A stretch of 64,000 nucleotides of DNA from Eledone cirrhosa (Eukaryota). This document shows positions 1 to 11,365 of this stretch, piece after piece (position 1 is the stretch's first letter; each line of letters begins with the position of its first letter). A program made the translations under genes and the position numbers. The stretch covers positions 79,732,001 through 79,796,000 of the forward strand of contig OZ024747.1 of assembly GCA_964016885.1 (NCBI GenBank). The letters run 5' to 3'. The notes beneath the pieces are model-generated. The model was not told the DNA's origin, did no database searches, and was given only the letters and a program-made list of their open reading frames with translations.

Positions 1-6
1 AGATTC

Positions 7-77
7 TTCAAATCTTCGCGGGAAATTTCTCCCACAGGGCGCGTAGAGATACATCCTCTTCTACTGGCGTTGATTGG
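7..77 (-). promoter_or_regulatory. Cell-cycle-type promoter (CCAAT, E2F/CDE, CHR) pointing left out of the window
   Basis: Minus strand reads CCAATC (72-77), then TTTCCCGCG-aaga-TTTGAA (25-7): an E2F/CDE-like site with a 4-nt spacer to a CHR hexamer. Confidence 0.45.
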
Positions 78-633
78 CTGAGCTGAGCCAAATCACGCAC
101 AGAGAATGTATGTGAGCCCGCGGAATGTAGGTCACTACACACACACATATGATAGAAAGAAGAGAGAAAAACGAGACCCTTAGAAACGAATAAGAGTCAT
201 CAAAGCGATCATATGTATTGCTTTAAACTGTAATGCGAAGGGATACACTAGTATTTGAGGTACTATCATTTGGGATTTTAACCCTCGGACTTTTCCCTCC
301 CGGTTTTGAAATTTAGGGGTGACTAGGAATATTACATAATGTAGGGATTTTCTATCATTTCTTATTTATATATTTATTTATCTACTCTCGTGATTGATAT
401 TCCGACAAATGGGGTGTATTTTGGTTTTTTATTATGTCATGTATAGCATCCAAAAAATTTCTCCCTTCCCCCAATATATATATATATATATATATATATA
501 CAAACACAGTGTCCCCAAAAATGTATACACACTTCAACAGCAAAGTAATCAAAGTGTGTATATATTTTGGAGGGGACACCGTGTGTATATATATATATGT
601 GTGTGTGTGTATGTGTAAAAACGCAGCGGTATA

Positions 634-845
634 TTCTAATTTGGCCCTTTTAAGGGCCACCTATATTTTCATTTAAGTAACTCAACTTACATCTCTATGC
701 TTTAATTAAAAAAATATAAAAAACGCGTGAAAAAAAAATTTTTTTCATTTAAGTAACTCCACTTACGCGTGGTAGTAATACGGAAATAAACGATGTTTTG
801 CTTTCATCGGCTGCTTCGACTGACAGCTAATAGCATTGTAGTGCC
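634..845 (-). mobile_element. Merlin-like non-autonomous DNA element, one end, carrying a histone 3' stem-loop
   Basis: Reverse complement from 845 is GGCACTACAATGCTATTAGCTGTCAGTC...AACATCGTTTATTTCCGTATTACTACCACGCGTAAGTGGAGTT, homologous to 21213-21325. Flanked by ACCATCCG (846-853). Confidence 0.7.
643..658 (+). terminator. Orphan histone mRNA 3' stem-loop
   Basis: GGCCCT-TTTA-AGGGCC followed by ACCTATATTTTCATTTAAGT, as after the H4 stem-loop; no histone ORF upstream. Confidence 0.8.
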
Positions 846-2069
846 ACCATCCGATGTGATGAAACTGAGAAGAAAAAAGAAGACGGTTAGAGAATGAAAA
901 CTCTTGTCTAACGGAAAAAAGAACGAAGCTAGAAAATTCATTTTCTAAAGACGAGGAACTATCGCCGTGTGGAAGCATTTCTTCACCATTTTATCAACAT
1001 AAGAATCCTTTCAGAAGAAACAGTTTCACTCCAGTCCGTTCCATACATCCTTCATCAGCAACACACAAGGTACAACTCACTCGAAAACAACCTCCATCAG
1101 ACTTTTCGACGCTTTAGATATTTCTGAGGTAAGGGAAATTATTATTTATGGGGGCACCCTTTTTTTTAATGATTATTATAGCTTTGCCTTTCATCCTTGC
1201 GGTGTCGATAAAATAAAGTACCAGTAATGCACTGGGGTCGATTCAATCGACTTTCCCAATCTCCAAAGTTGCTGGCCTTGTGCCTTAAGTAGAAACATAA
1301 TTATCAAGCAAGGGATAATAATTGTTTCTACTTTTGGCACAAGGCCAGCAAACAACCAGTGTATTACTGGTACTTTATTGTATCGACCTGGCAGTATTAG
1401 TAGTGTTGGGCAAAATGTTTAGTTAGAAATTACTACGTTACCCCCGTCAAGGTTAGCCTTGCCTTTTATCCTTCCTGGGTCGATAAAATAAAGTGCCAGT
1501 GAAATACAGAGGTCGATATAATTGACTTTAGTCAATATTAAAAATAATTATTACCCCACATACCACGGGTCAAGATTTAGGACTGGCTATGGTTAAGTTT
1601 TAATTCTTTATATTTAAATTTCGGTTTGTCTTCTAGTTATACAGTAAAATTTAACCTGAAGCTCTCTATATATCTGATATTCCGACATACCTTATGGGGT
1701 CGATAAAATAAAGTACCAGTAATACACTGAGTAATTGCTGGCCTTGTGCCAAAAGTAGAAACAATTATTTATTCATAACATCAGCAAAATTTCGGTAAAT
1801 TTATAATTTAAAAAAGCACCAACTAGTGTTTTAGTTTTCAACAAATCTCAGCTCAAACTTATTTAGATTCGAAAGTTTTTTACGAATAGGCTATGTAGCC
1901 CGTAAACCCCAAAAGGACGCAACACACATCGCTATAGTGTTTCACCAGCCCCTTCATTCATATAAGTGTATGTAATAATTATTTTGTATGTGTCTATGAA
2001 TATGTATGAGATGTGTGTTTGTGTGTGTATGGGTTTCACTTCTGTTGTCTGTATATGTTTATGTATTGA

Positions 2070-3134
2070 CGTGTAGATGTGTGTGTATGTAACTCAGTAG
2101 ATGTGTGTGTGTGTATGTAACTCAGTAGATGTGTGTGTATGTAACTCAGTAGATGTGTGTGTAGGTAACTCAGTAGATGTGTGTGTATGTAACACAGTAG
2201 ATGTGTGTGTGTGTAACTCAGTAGATGTGTGTGTGTGTAATACAGATGTGTGTGTATGTTACTCAGTAGATGTGTGTGTATGTAACTCAGTAGATGTGTG
2301 TGTGTATGTAACTCAGTAGATGTGTGTGTGTGTATGTAACTCAGTAGATGTGTGTGTGTATGTAACACAGTAGATGTGTGTGTATGTAACTCAGTAGATG
2401 TGTGTGTATATGTAACTCAGTAGATGTGTGTGTGTGTATGTAACACAGTAGATGTGTGTGTATGTAACTCAGTAGATGTGTGTGTGTATGTAACTCAGTA
2501 GATGTCTGTGTATGTAACACAGTAGATGTGTGTGTGTATGTAACTCAGTAGATGTGTGTGTATGTAACTCAGTAAATGTGTGTGTGTATGTAACTCAGTA
2601 GATGTGTGTGTGTATGTAACTCAGTAGATGTGTGTGTATGTAACTCAGTAGATGTGTGTGTGTATGTAACACAGTAGATGTGTGTGTGTATGTAACTCAG
2701 TAGATGTGTGTGTATGTAACTCAGTAGATGTGTGTGTCTATGTAACTCAGTAGATGTGTGTGTGTATGTAACTCAGTAGATGTGTGTGTATGTAACTCAG
2801 TAGATGTGTGTGTGTGTATGTAACTCAGTAGATGTGTGTGTGTATGTAACTCAGTAGATGTGTGTATGTAACTCAGTAGATGTGTGTGTATGTAACTCAG
2901 TAGATGTGTGTGTGTATGTAACTCAGTAGATGTGTGTGTGTATGTAACACAGTAGATGTGTGTGTGTATGTAACTCAGTAGATGTGTGTGTGTATGTAAC
3001 TCAGTAGATATGTGTGTATGTAACTCAGTAGATGTGTGTATGTAACTCAGTAGATGTGTGTGTATGTAACTCAGTAGATGTGTGTGTATGTAACTCAGTA
3101 GATATGTGTGTATGTAACTCAGTAGATGTGTGTG
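2070..3134. repeat. Minisatellite, about 22-28 bp unit GTAGAT(GT)nATGTAACTCA
   Basis: About 40 tandem units that vary in GT number. Confidence 0.95.
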
Positions 3135-4533
3135 AATCATCATCATCATCATCATCATCATTTCATTTTACGTCCACTTTTTCCCTGCTTGCAAGGGTGG
3201 GACGGGAACTGATTCTGGCTTGATTTCTACAGCTGGATGCCCTTCCTAACACCAACCTCATTTACAGTGAGTGCTGGGTGCTTTTTTGCCGTGGCACCTC
3301 CACGACCACTTTGCAGTGGAATGATAGGGACCAGACCCCAGTCCCTATCATCTCATTTCTACAGCTGAGTAAACTGGAGCAATGTGAAATAAAGTGTCTT
3401 GCTCAAGGAAACAACACATCACCCAGTCTGAGAATTGAACTCACAATGGTTTTACTTGTTTTGTTAACAATTGATGGTGGAAAAGATTTCAAATTGTCTT
3501 AACTCAGACCGTAAAAGGTCGCAACTCGTGGTGTCTGACACTCTTATCAGCTACATAGGGTGCTTTAGTTTTCAACAATCTATCATTATTGTTCGGTGAA
3601 GTTATATTTAATCTAACGACTTTCTTTCCTTATAAATTATATTTATTACATGCATGAAAAAACCTGGAAAAGAAAAATATTCCCACCAAAGGAAACCCAG
3701 TGCCCCACCCCCCACGCTCGCCTCAGTTTTCGGGTGTGGGGGTCGATTGTGAATGAGTTGAGGTCAGATTTGTTGAAAACTAGAACACCAATGAGTGCTT
3801 ATATGTATAACGGAATACTCCTATATTTTACCAATACTCCTATATTTTACCGGCGAAGAGTCGAAACCGAATCTGGGCTTTCCCGCCTCTGGGACACTCA
3901 ATCGTTGGAAGTTCTCGCCTTTGGCCTTTGTTCTGTCAACGATGATGGATGACATTCCATTTGAACTGTGACCCCAACATCCTTGGGAGATGCTAACCAC
4001 AGGTCAGATCATATATCCATCCTTCTAACTTAGCACTTATAAATACAAGGACTGAGGGAACAAAAGCAGAATCGAATCAACAGTCAAGAAGATAACTGTG
4101 TGGCATCAGTAGACCTTTCACCCTACCTTTCTCCTGGCCCTCACTGGCTTACTCTCTCAGCCAGACAGCCAGTCATGCCTGCCTGAGAGATTGACCATTA
4201 CTACTATGAGAATAAGATAAACTAAGAATAGGCACGCACACACACAGTAAGTTCATACTGTTATATTATACTCTCATCCTATTCTTCCTGCCATATTGTA
4301 TCTGCAAGACACAACCCAACTTATATATTATATCGTCTTCTCTGATACATACATTTACATAGCTCGTAGCAGCTACCAATTTATTTTACGGATATATTTG
4401 TGTCATAAATTCTATCATTCGATATTCAAATTGAATATTGTTATTATAAAATAAACATTAACTCAGTCATGGCATTATTCTTTTCATCAAAACCATCATA
4501 CCAACAAAACAACCATTCCGTTACATATATATA

Positions 4534-7424
4534 TAATAATAATAATAATGAAATAATAATAATAATAATGAAATTATTGTGTAAAGTGCTCAGGTGCACT
4601 ACAACTCGTCAAAGGTGTATGCATAGTACATATAATAATACACAAATGTCAGGGAAGTACATGTGTGTATGTGTTAGCTGTAGTGTTGGCAGATCTCGGG
4701 AAGCATGGAGGCCTTAAAGGGTGCAGTGTCTCGACAGCTAACAACTGATGCAGGTAGTTTGTTCCATGCTTCAGCAACTCTGAGCGTGAAAAAATGTTTC
4801 AGAAAGTCATGGGAACTGTGCTGTTTTCTTACTTTGTGGGCATGTCCACGTGTGTCAGACACATGGAAATCAGAAAGGTACTCAGGGTTGTTGTTGGCAA
4901 CATGGATAACAATTTTGTGGGTGTTTACCAAGTCAGTTGCCAGGCGTCGGAGCTTCAATGAATCCATGCCCAGGGAAGCAAGGCGCTCAGAGTATGGTAG
5001 ATGCCTGATGGAGGGTATTCGCTTGGTTGCACATCTCTGAACAGTTTCCAGGCGGTCAATGTCCTGAGCAAGATAGGGGTTCCAGACTGGTGATGCAAAT
5101 TCTAAGTGTGGTCGCACCATAGCTGTATACAGCCTTAAATAGATATCTGGAGAGCGGCTGACAAAGGTCTTGCTGAGTGATGCTAAGACACCCTCGGCCC
5201 TCTTGACAATTTTAGAGACGTGCCTCGTCCAACGCAAATCGCTGCTGACCGTAATGCCCAGGTCACGTTCACAGGAAGACTTCTTGATATTAGTGCTGTG
5301 GAGGGAGTATGTGGACGCTGAGTTTTTACTCCCAAAATGCATGGTGGTGCACTTGTCCACAGCTAACTTGAGTTGCCAGTCTGAGATCCATTGTTGCATT
5401 GTGTCCAGGTCAGACTGCAAGCAAGATCTATAGTGTTCAGGATCTGTCCTTTTTATCTCAAGGTACAGCTTGATGTCGTCTGCGTACTTTAGTACTGTGG
5501 CATTCCTTAAGTTGGCATCTATGTCATTAATATATGCCACAAACAAAAGGGGGCCAAGAACAGATCCCTGTGGTACACCAGATGACATCTCATATGGTGA
5601 GGAATGCTGTCCCAGAACCGTGACTACCTCTCTTCGACTGAGAATGAAGGACTTCAACCAGTTAAAAAGATCATCCTTCACACCCATTGCAGAGAGTTTT
5701 GCCATAAGCCTTTTGTGTGGCACAGAATTGAAGGCCTTCGCAAAGTCAAGGTAAACAACATCCACCCATGAGCCGCCATCAGTGATCCGGGTGATGTCCT
5801 CAAGAAACTCTATAAGTTGATCACAGCAGCTGGAGTTGGGGATAAATCCAAATTGCGAGGGCCGGATAAGACTGTGAGAGCTCCAGAAGTTCCAAAGTGT
5901 TTCTCTGACACAGGATTCCATCAGTTTGGCGATGCAACTAGTAAGACTGACTGGACGATAGTTCACAGGTGATGTGCGGTCACCCTTTTTGAACAGAGGA
6001 ATGACACTGGCAGTTTTCCACTGTTCTGGAGTAGCACTGTTGTTCAGACAGAATTGGAAGAAGCGTGATAACTGGTGTAGAAGGAAGTATCCACCACGTT
6101 TAAGAAGCAGGTACGTAACACCATCAAGACCAGGAGAGGCATGGTTGCGTTTCTTTTTTAGGTGACATCGCAGCATTGCAGGTGTAAATTCCATGGTTGT
6201 AATAGAGTCCGGTGTCATAGGTGGTGGAGATGGTACACTCTGGTCTTCAATAGTGAAAATGCCTGCATAGCATTCAGCAATGAGCTCTGCGCATTCCTTG
6301 GGGTCGTCAGTAACCTGGCTTGTGTGGGGATTGCGGAGAGGACCAACTGGAGAGTGAGGCCTCTGCTTTGAGTGAACATACTTCCAGAACACCTTACTGT
6401 CAGGGCTGGTTGCTATGCGCTGCTCAAATTGAAGCACTGCCTTTTTTGTCACCTGTTTGAGGTGGTTGGACGATCTATTTCACCTCTTCCTATTAATGTC
6501 TGATTTGTGAAGTTTGTACTCGCATTCAGCATTGCGCCGTTCTTTTCTGGCAAGACGGACTGCTGCAGTCTCCCAAATTGCACTTTTGGGATGTTTTTTC
6601 CGCTTACATGGCACCGATGCTGCACATGCTGTCCATATTGAGCTCAGGATGTTCTGGAGTACAGTGTTGACATCTCCAGAGTCGTAGAACTCAAGCCAGT
6701 TTGGCCGTTGCAACTCGGTGCAGTAACAGTTCCAGTCTGCTTTATTCCAGTCAAAGTGAGCAGTTTGGAGATGGTTGTGCTTCTTGTTACTGCCCATGAG
6801 GGATAGATTGGCAATGATCATAGCATGATCAGAGTCACCTAAAGGTTCCTCAGCAGTAACACTAATGACCGTTTCAGGAGTAGTGGTGAAGAGTAGGTCC
6901 AAAGTGTTGTCACCTCTCGTTGGGGAGGTGACCACCTGGGACCAACTCGAGTCCAGCACTAGCTCAAGGAAGTCATTTGCACTTGGCGGCCAACGAAAGG
7001 TTTCCCAGTCAATCTCAGGGTGATTGAAGTCACCTGCAATGAAAACATAAGTGGCTGTCTTCCTGGCAGCAGCTCTGAGGATATCACAAAGTTGAGTGTC
7101 CTGATGGTAATTTGGGGGACGGTAAACGACTCCAAGTAGCAGTGTTGACATGGTCATACGTATATCGCAGAAAAAAACTTCCTGCTGTGATTGGTTCAAA
7201 TCAGCACAAGGAATTGCCGACAGATTTGACCGAACGTAGACCATTACACCACCACGACGATTAATGCGGTCTTTACGAAACAGGTTGAGGCCAGTCATGC
7301 TGAAAACCCCATCACAGAGTAAGGGATGTGCCCAAGTTTCCGTGACTGTAATGAAGTCAGGGTTGATACTTTTGACGTAGGAGTCAAAAAGGTGAATCTT
7401 ATTGCATAGACTACGTGCATTCAA
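4534..7424 (-). mobile_element. CR1-clade LINE, 5'-truncated, ORF2 (APE endonuclease + reverse transcriptase) with one in-frame TGA
   Basis: ORFs 6480-7424 (NARSL, ITVTETW, GDFNHP, LDLLF, SDH) and 4674-6452 (YLDFAKAF, GVPQGSVLGP, YADD) are in the same frame; (ATT)n tail at about 4534-4575. Confidence 0.93.
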
Positions 7425-7427
7425 TAT

Positions 7428-7462
<35 letters not shown>

Positions 7463-8152
7463 GATAATATATATATATATGATAATAAACAAATAAGACA
7501 GTTACTTTTATTCCATCCCTATTTTATTATACATATTTCAAAGATGTATTGCTTATGTATAGCATCAGTGAAACATGTACTCATCAGATAAAATTCACCA
7601 ACTTTCTCTTTTAGAGATGTTATAATAGTATATTAAATATCAAATCATACATCATCATCATCATCATCATACGTCCGCAATTCACCAAGTGCGACAATTG
7701 ACTGTACCTCTAAGTGTTTAACTAAACACTTAGAGGCAAGCCAACATGCTCGCAGCATTACCATGGGTGATGGCGAGGTTAAGGTGCTGAAATAATCAAG
7801 CATCATCTTACATCTAATGAGAAATATGTAAGAAAACAAAAATATATTTTGTTTAACCCTTTAGCATTTAAACTGGCCGTACCTGACCAGAATTCTCTCA
7901 CCTCTGGGAAGGAAAGCTGTGCTAGAGAAATCACATCTAACTAAAAATGATAACCTGATGTTTGCTTGTGGCAACTATTACGTCTGCTTTCTATGCTGAC
8001 ATGGACTGGGCTGATAATCAGTTTGAGGCATGACATAATTCAGACACCTGCCTATGGATGAACAGTCGATTAGGTGTGAAACAAGCAACCACCTATATTT
8101 CTCTGTGTACAAAAAGAATAACAATGTTCACATTATTTACAGCAAGACTGTA

Positions 8153-8355
8153 TTAACCCTTTAGCATTTAAACCAGCCAGAATTTTCTCACCTCTTTCTG
8201 TTCAAACTGGCTATAACAGGTTGCTCATACTGATGTTAATTCTCAAAATAAATATCAAAATCTCATAGATTCAATATTATGTGAGATAATTATGTGAATT
8301 AAAGCCTTTACAATACAATAGTAAATATAGAGTAATGCAAAAGATAAAGGGTTAA
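8153..8355. mobile_element. piggyBac-like MITE, representative copy (others about 7854, 12539, 13035, 14430, 32421, 42595, 42898, 49020, 51661, 57619)
   Basis: TTAA-CCCTTTAGCATTT...AAAGGG-TTAA termini and a shared internal sequence. Confidence 0.8.
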
Positions 8356-9782
8356 AAATGTCTTATATATCATTTTTACATTACAGCTGAAGAAAGTCAA
8401 AGATAACAGGAGTGATTCTGTGAGAAATGGCCCCAAATCTGACGGTGTGAAAACAAAAGAAAACAGCCCTAATGAAGATTCCAGGAATAAGGTTGGCATT
8501 CCTGTCTATTTCTAACTTCCTAAGGACATCATTATCATCACCGTTTTACGTCCGTTCTTCCATGCTAGCATGGGTTAGACAAGTTGTCCTGTTGTGGGCA
8601 GTAGTCGGTCGGCTGACCTTGTCTTGCTCATACAGGAACTGATTCTGGCTTGATTTCTACAGCTGGATGCCCTTCCTAACACTAACCTCATTTACAGTGA
8701 GTGCTGGGTGCTTCTTTTTTTTTTTTTTTTTCCGTGGTGCCTACACGTCCACTTTACAGTGTGGGCTGGGTGCTTTTTTACCATGGCACCTCCACGACCA
8801 CTTTGCAGTGGAATGATAGGGACCCCAGTCCTATCATCTCATTTCTACAGCTGAGTAAACTGGAGCAATGTGAAATAAAGTGTCTTGCTCAAGGAAACAA
8901 CACATCACCTGGTCCGAGAATTGAACTCACAACCTTTCGATTGCACTAAGCCATGCGCCTTCATCTAGAAATGTTTTAGTTTAAATATCAATATATTGAG
9001 GGTATTTTGACTTTTTATTTATGTTAACCCTTTAGTTACCAACACGGCCAAAACATTTACTGGTTCACCACTGGATAGAACTGGTAATTCTGTATAGTTA
9101 ACTATGATGTAATAGTGGGAAAAGCACTGTTATGTAACTCATCCATCTTTGATGGCCATTGAAGTACTTACAGTAATAAAAATTTGAAGGAATTTCACAT
9201 GTCCGGCCTACTGTCATTTTACTCTATAATATATATATATATAAAAATCCGAATGGATGCAGTAAAAACCAGTTAGACCAGAGTATTCGATACTTGGGGT
9301 AGTAGAGTGTGGTAATATGAAAAAATCCGGGCCCGACGGCTGAGCTCTTGCTGTTTCAACAGCTAGATCCGACACACCTTCTTAACAATGTACCGTTTAT
9401 TTTGAATTGAGATTTTGGGGTCTAGTAGATGATTGACATGCTGAGTTTTCACATATTTTTGTAAGAAAACTTGCACCTTTACATGAATGTATGTGGTGAG
9501 GATAGACAACGGCCAAAGTACCTTGTCGTGGAACTGAACCCAAATTCTTATGATTGGTTTCCAAGCCAAGTTCTTAACCAAATAACCCAGGTATGATTTA
9601 CTGTGTTCCTGCTGTGAGCCAGGCTCCCAAACTGTGGTTTCGCACCTATCTCTCATAGTGTCATCATCCAGTATCGGGCCCCCTAAACTATAGTTACACT
9701 GTGATATGGGTTCTGCACAGCTAACTGGCCTGTCTCTTCTTATGGCGGTGCCATCCAATACTGGGCAATGAAACTATGGCTA

Positions 9783-10628
9783 TGCTGTGAGGTGGGTCAG
9801 TCTCCTTGTATCGGTACTTTCTAGTAATGGGCTGCTGTGAGGTGGGTCAGTCTCCTTGTATCGGTACCTTCTAGTACTGGGCTGCAGTGAGATGTCAGAC
9901 TCCTCATATCGGTACCTTCTAGTACTGGGCTGCTGTGAGGTGGGTCAGTCTCCTTGTATCGGTACCTTCTAGTACTGGGCTGCAGTGAGATGTCAGACTC
10001 CTCGTATCGGTACCTTTCATTACTGGGCTGCTGTGAGGTGGGTCAGTCTCCTTGTATCGGTACCTTCTAGTACTGGGCTGCAGTGAGATGTCAGACTCCT
10101 CGTATCGGTACCTTTCATTACTGGGCTGCTGTGAGGTGGGTCAGTCTCCTTGTATCGGTACCTTCTAGTACTGGGCTGCAGTGAGATGTCAGACTCCTCA
10201 TATCGGTACCTTCTAGTACTGGGCTGCTGTGAGGTGGGTCAGTCTCCTTGTATCGGTACCTTCTAGTACTGGGCTGCAGTGAGATGTCAGACTCCTCATA
10301 TCGGTACCTTCTAGTACTGGGCTGCTGTGAGGTGGGTCAGTCTCCTTGTATCGGTACCTTCTAGTACTGGGCTGCAGTGAGATGTCAGACTCCTCGTATC
10401 GGTACCTTTCATTACTGGGCTGCTGTGAGGTGGGTCAGTCTCCTTGTATCGGTACCTTCTAGTACTGGGCTGCAGTGAGATGTCAGACTCCTCGTATCGG
10501 TACCTTTCATTACTGGGCTGCTGTGAGGTGGGTCAGTCTCCTTGTATCGGTACCTTCTAGTACTGGGCTGCAGTGAGATGTCAGACTCCTCGTATCGGTA
10601 CCTTCCAGTACTGGGCTGCTGTGAGATG
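9783..10628. repeat. Tandem repeat with a 98-bp dimer of related 50-bp and 48-bp subunits
   Basis: GGGCTGCTGTGAGGTGGGTCAG... alternates with GGGCTGCAGTGAGATGTCAG...; about 8.5 dimers. Confidence 0.95.
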
Positions 10629-11176
10629 GTTCTGTTATGAGAGGGGTTCGGTGCTTTCTGCTGGCCTGTCCCTCCTCATGATGGAGCCATCCAGTCACAC
10701 TGTTAAAAAACCTGGCTAAGTTTACAGTCCTCGTCGGAGCAAGGTGCGACATGGCCATGCTTGGTTCCCGGCATGGAAGAATTGACGCTAAATGGAAATG
10801 GGGATGATGATCTTATATGCATTCTTTCTCTTCCCTTTGCAGGTGTGGCTAAAAAGGAGGATCTTCAAGCTTTACCTGTTGATTGGAGTTTGAAACAGAA
10901 GATGCGATTTATCTGTAATTTCTCATCATTTGATTGGTGTAAAAACTTACGTACATCTGAAGAAGCTGAAGATGTGAGCAGTTATTTAGCAAATCAACTC
11001 CCTGAAACAACACCACCATCTTTCACAAATGTTAGTAGGTCTCCCTTCAAGAAAGGCTGTTTATTATCTATTGTTCTTGAGTGATGTCATTATTTATAAT
11101 ACAACAAACCTGTCATCGAAAACATTACCGATCTTCTCGGAAGTCTATCTACTGCTACTATTTCTATTACTGTTAA

Positions 11177-11365
11177 GGGTGGTGTATTGGCAGTATCGGT
11201 AGAGGGTCGGGCGCCATGCTTTCCAGCATAGTTCCTTTATGGTCTCAGTTCAAATCCCACAGACGTTAACTTTGCCTTTCATCCTTACCAGGGTCGATAA
11301 AATAAAGTACCAGTATTGCACTGGGGGGTAATTGCTGGCCTTGTGCCAAAAGTAGAAACTACTAC
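11177..11365 (+). mobile_element. tRNA-derived SINE, octopod-type; more than 20 copies or fragments in the window (e.g. 19730, 27262, 36624, 41400, 43021, 44214, 46975, 53655, 54150, 57050, 59195)
   Basis: A-box TGGCAGTATCGG, B-box GTTCAAATCC, conserved core GCCTTTCATCCTTAC..GGTCGATAAAATAAAGTACCAGT, 3' GCTGGCCTTGTGCC..AAGTAGAAAC. Confidence 0.85.

Noticed and set aside
2036-3223. His/Thr-rich and Cys/Val-rich ORFs
   Set aside because: Translations of the minisatellite
3800-4330. Possible solo LTR
   Set aside because: TATA-like and TA-flanked, but no TG...CA ends, duplication or second copy could be established
7676-7683. CGCAATTC matching the outer flank of the 21213-22630 element
   Set aside because: A single 8-mer in 20 kb can arise by chance, and it lies between collinear DONSON exons, not where the joint is predicted
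7704-7736. 14-bp hairpin CCTCTAAGTGTTTA / TAAACACTTAGAGG
   Set aside because: No ribozyme core or Helitron CTAG terminus nearby; nothing further to support a function
9783-10628. CRISPR-like array
   Set aside because: No unique spacers, no cas genes, eukaryotic context; it is a tandem repeat
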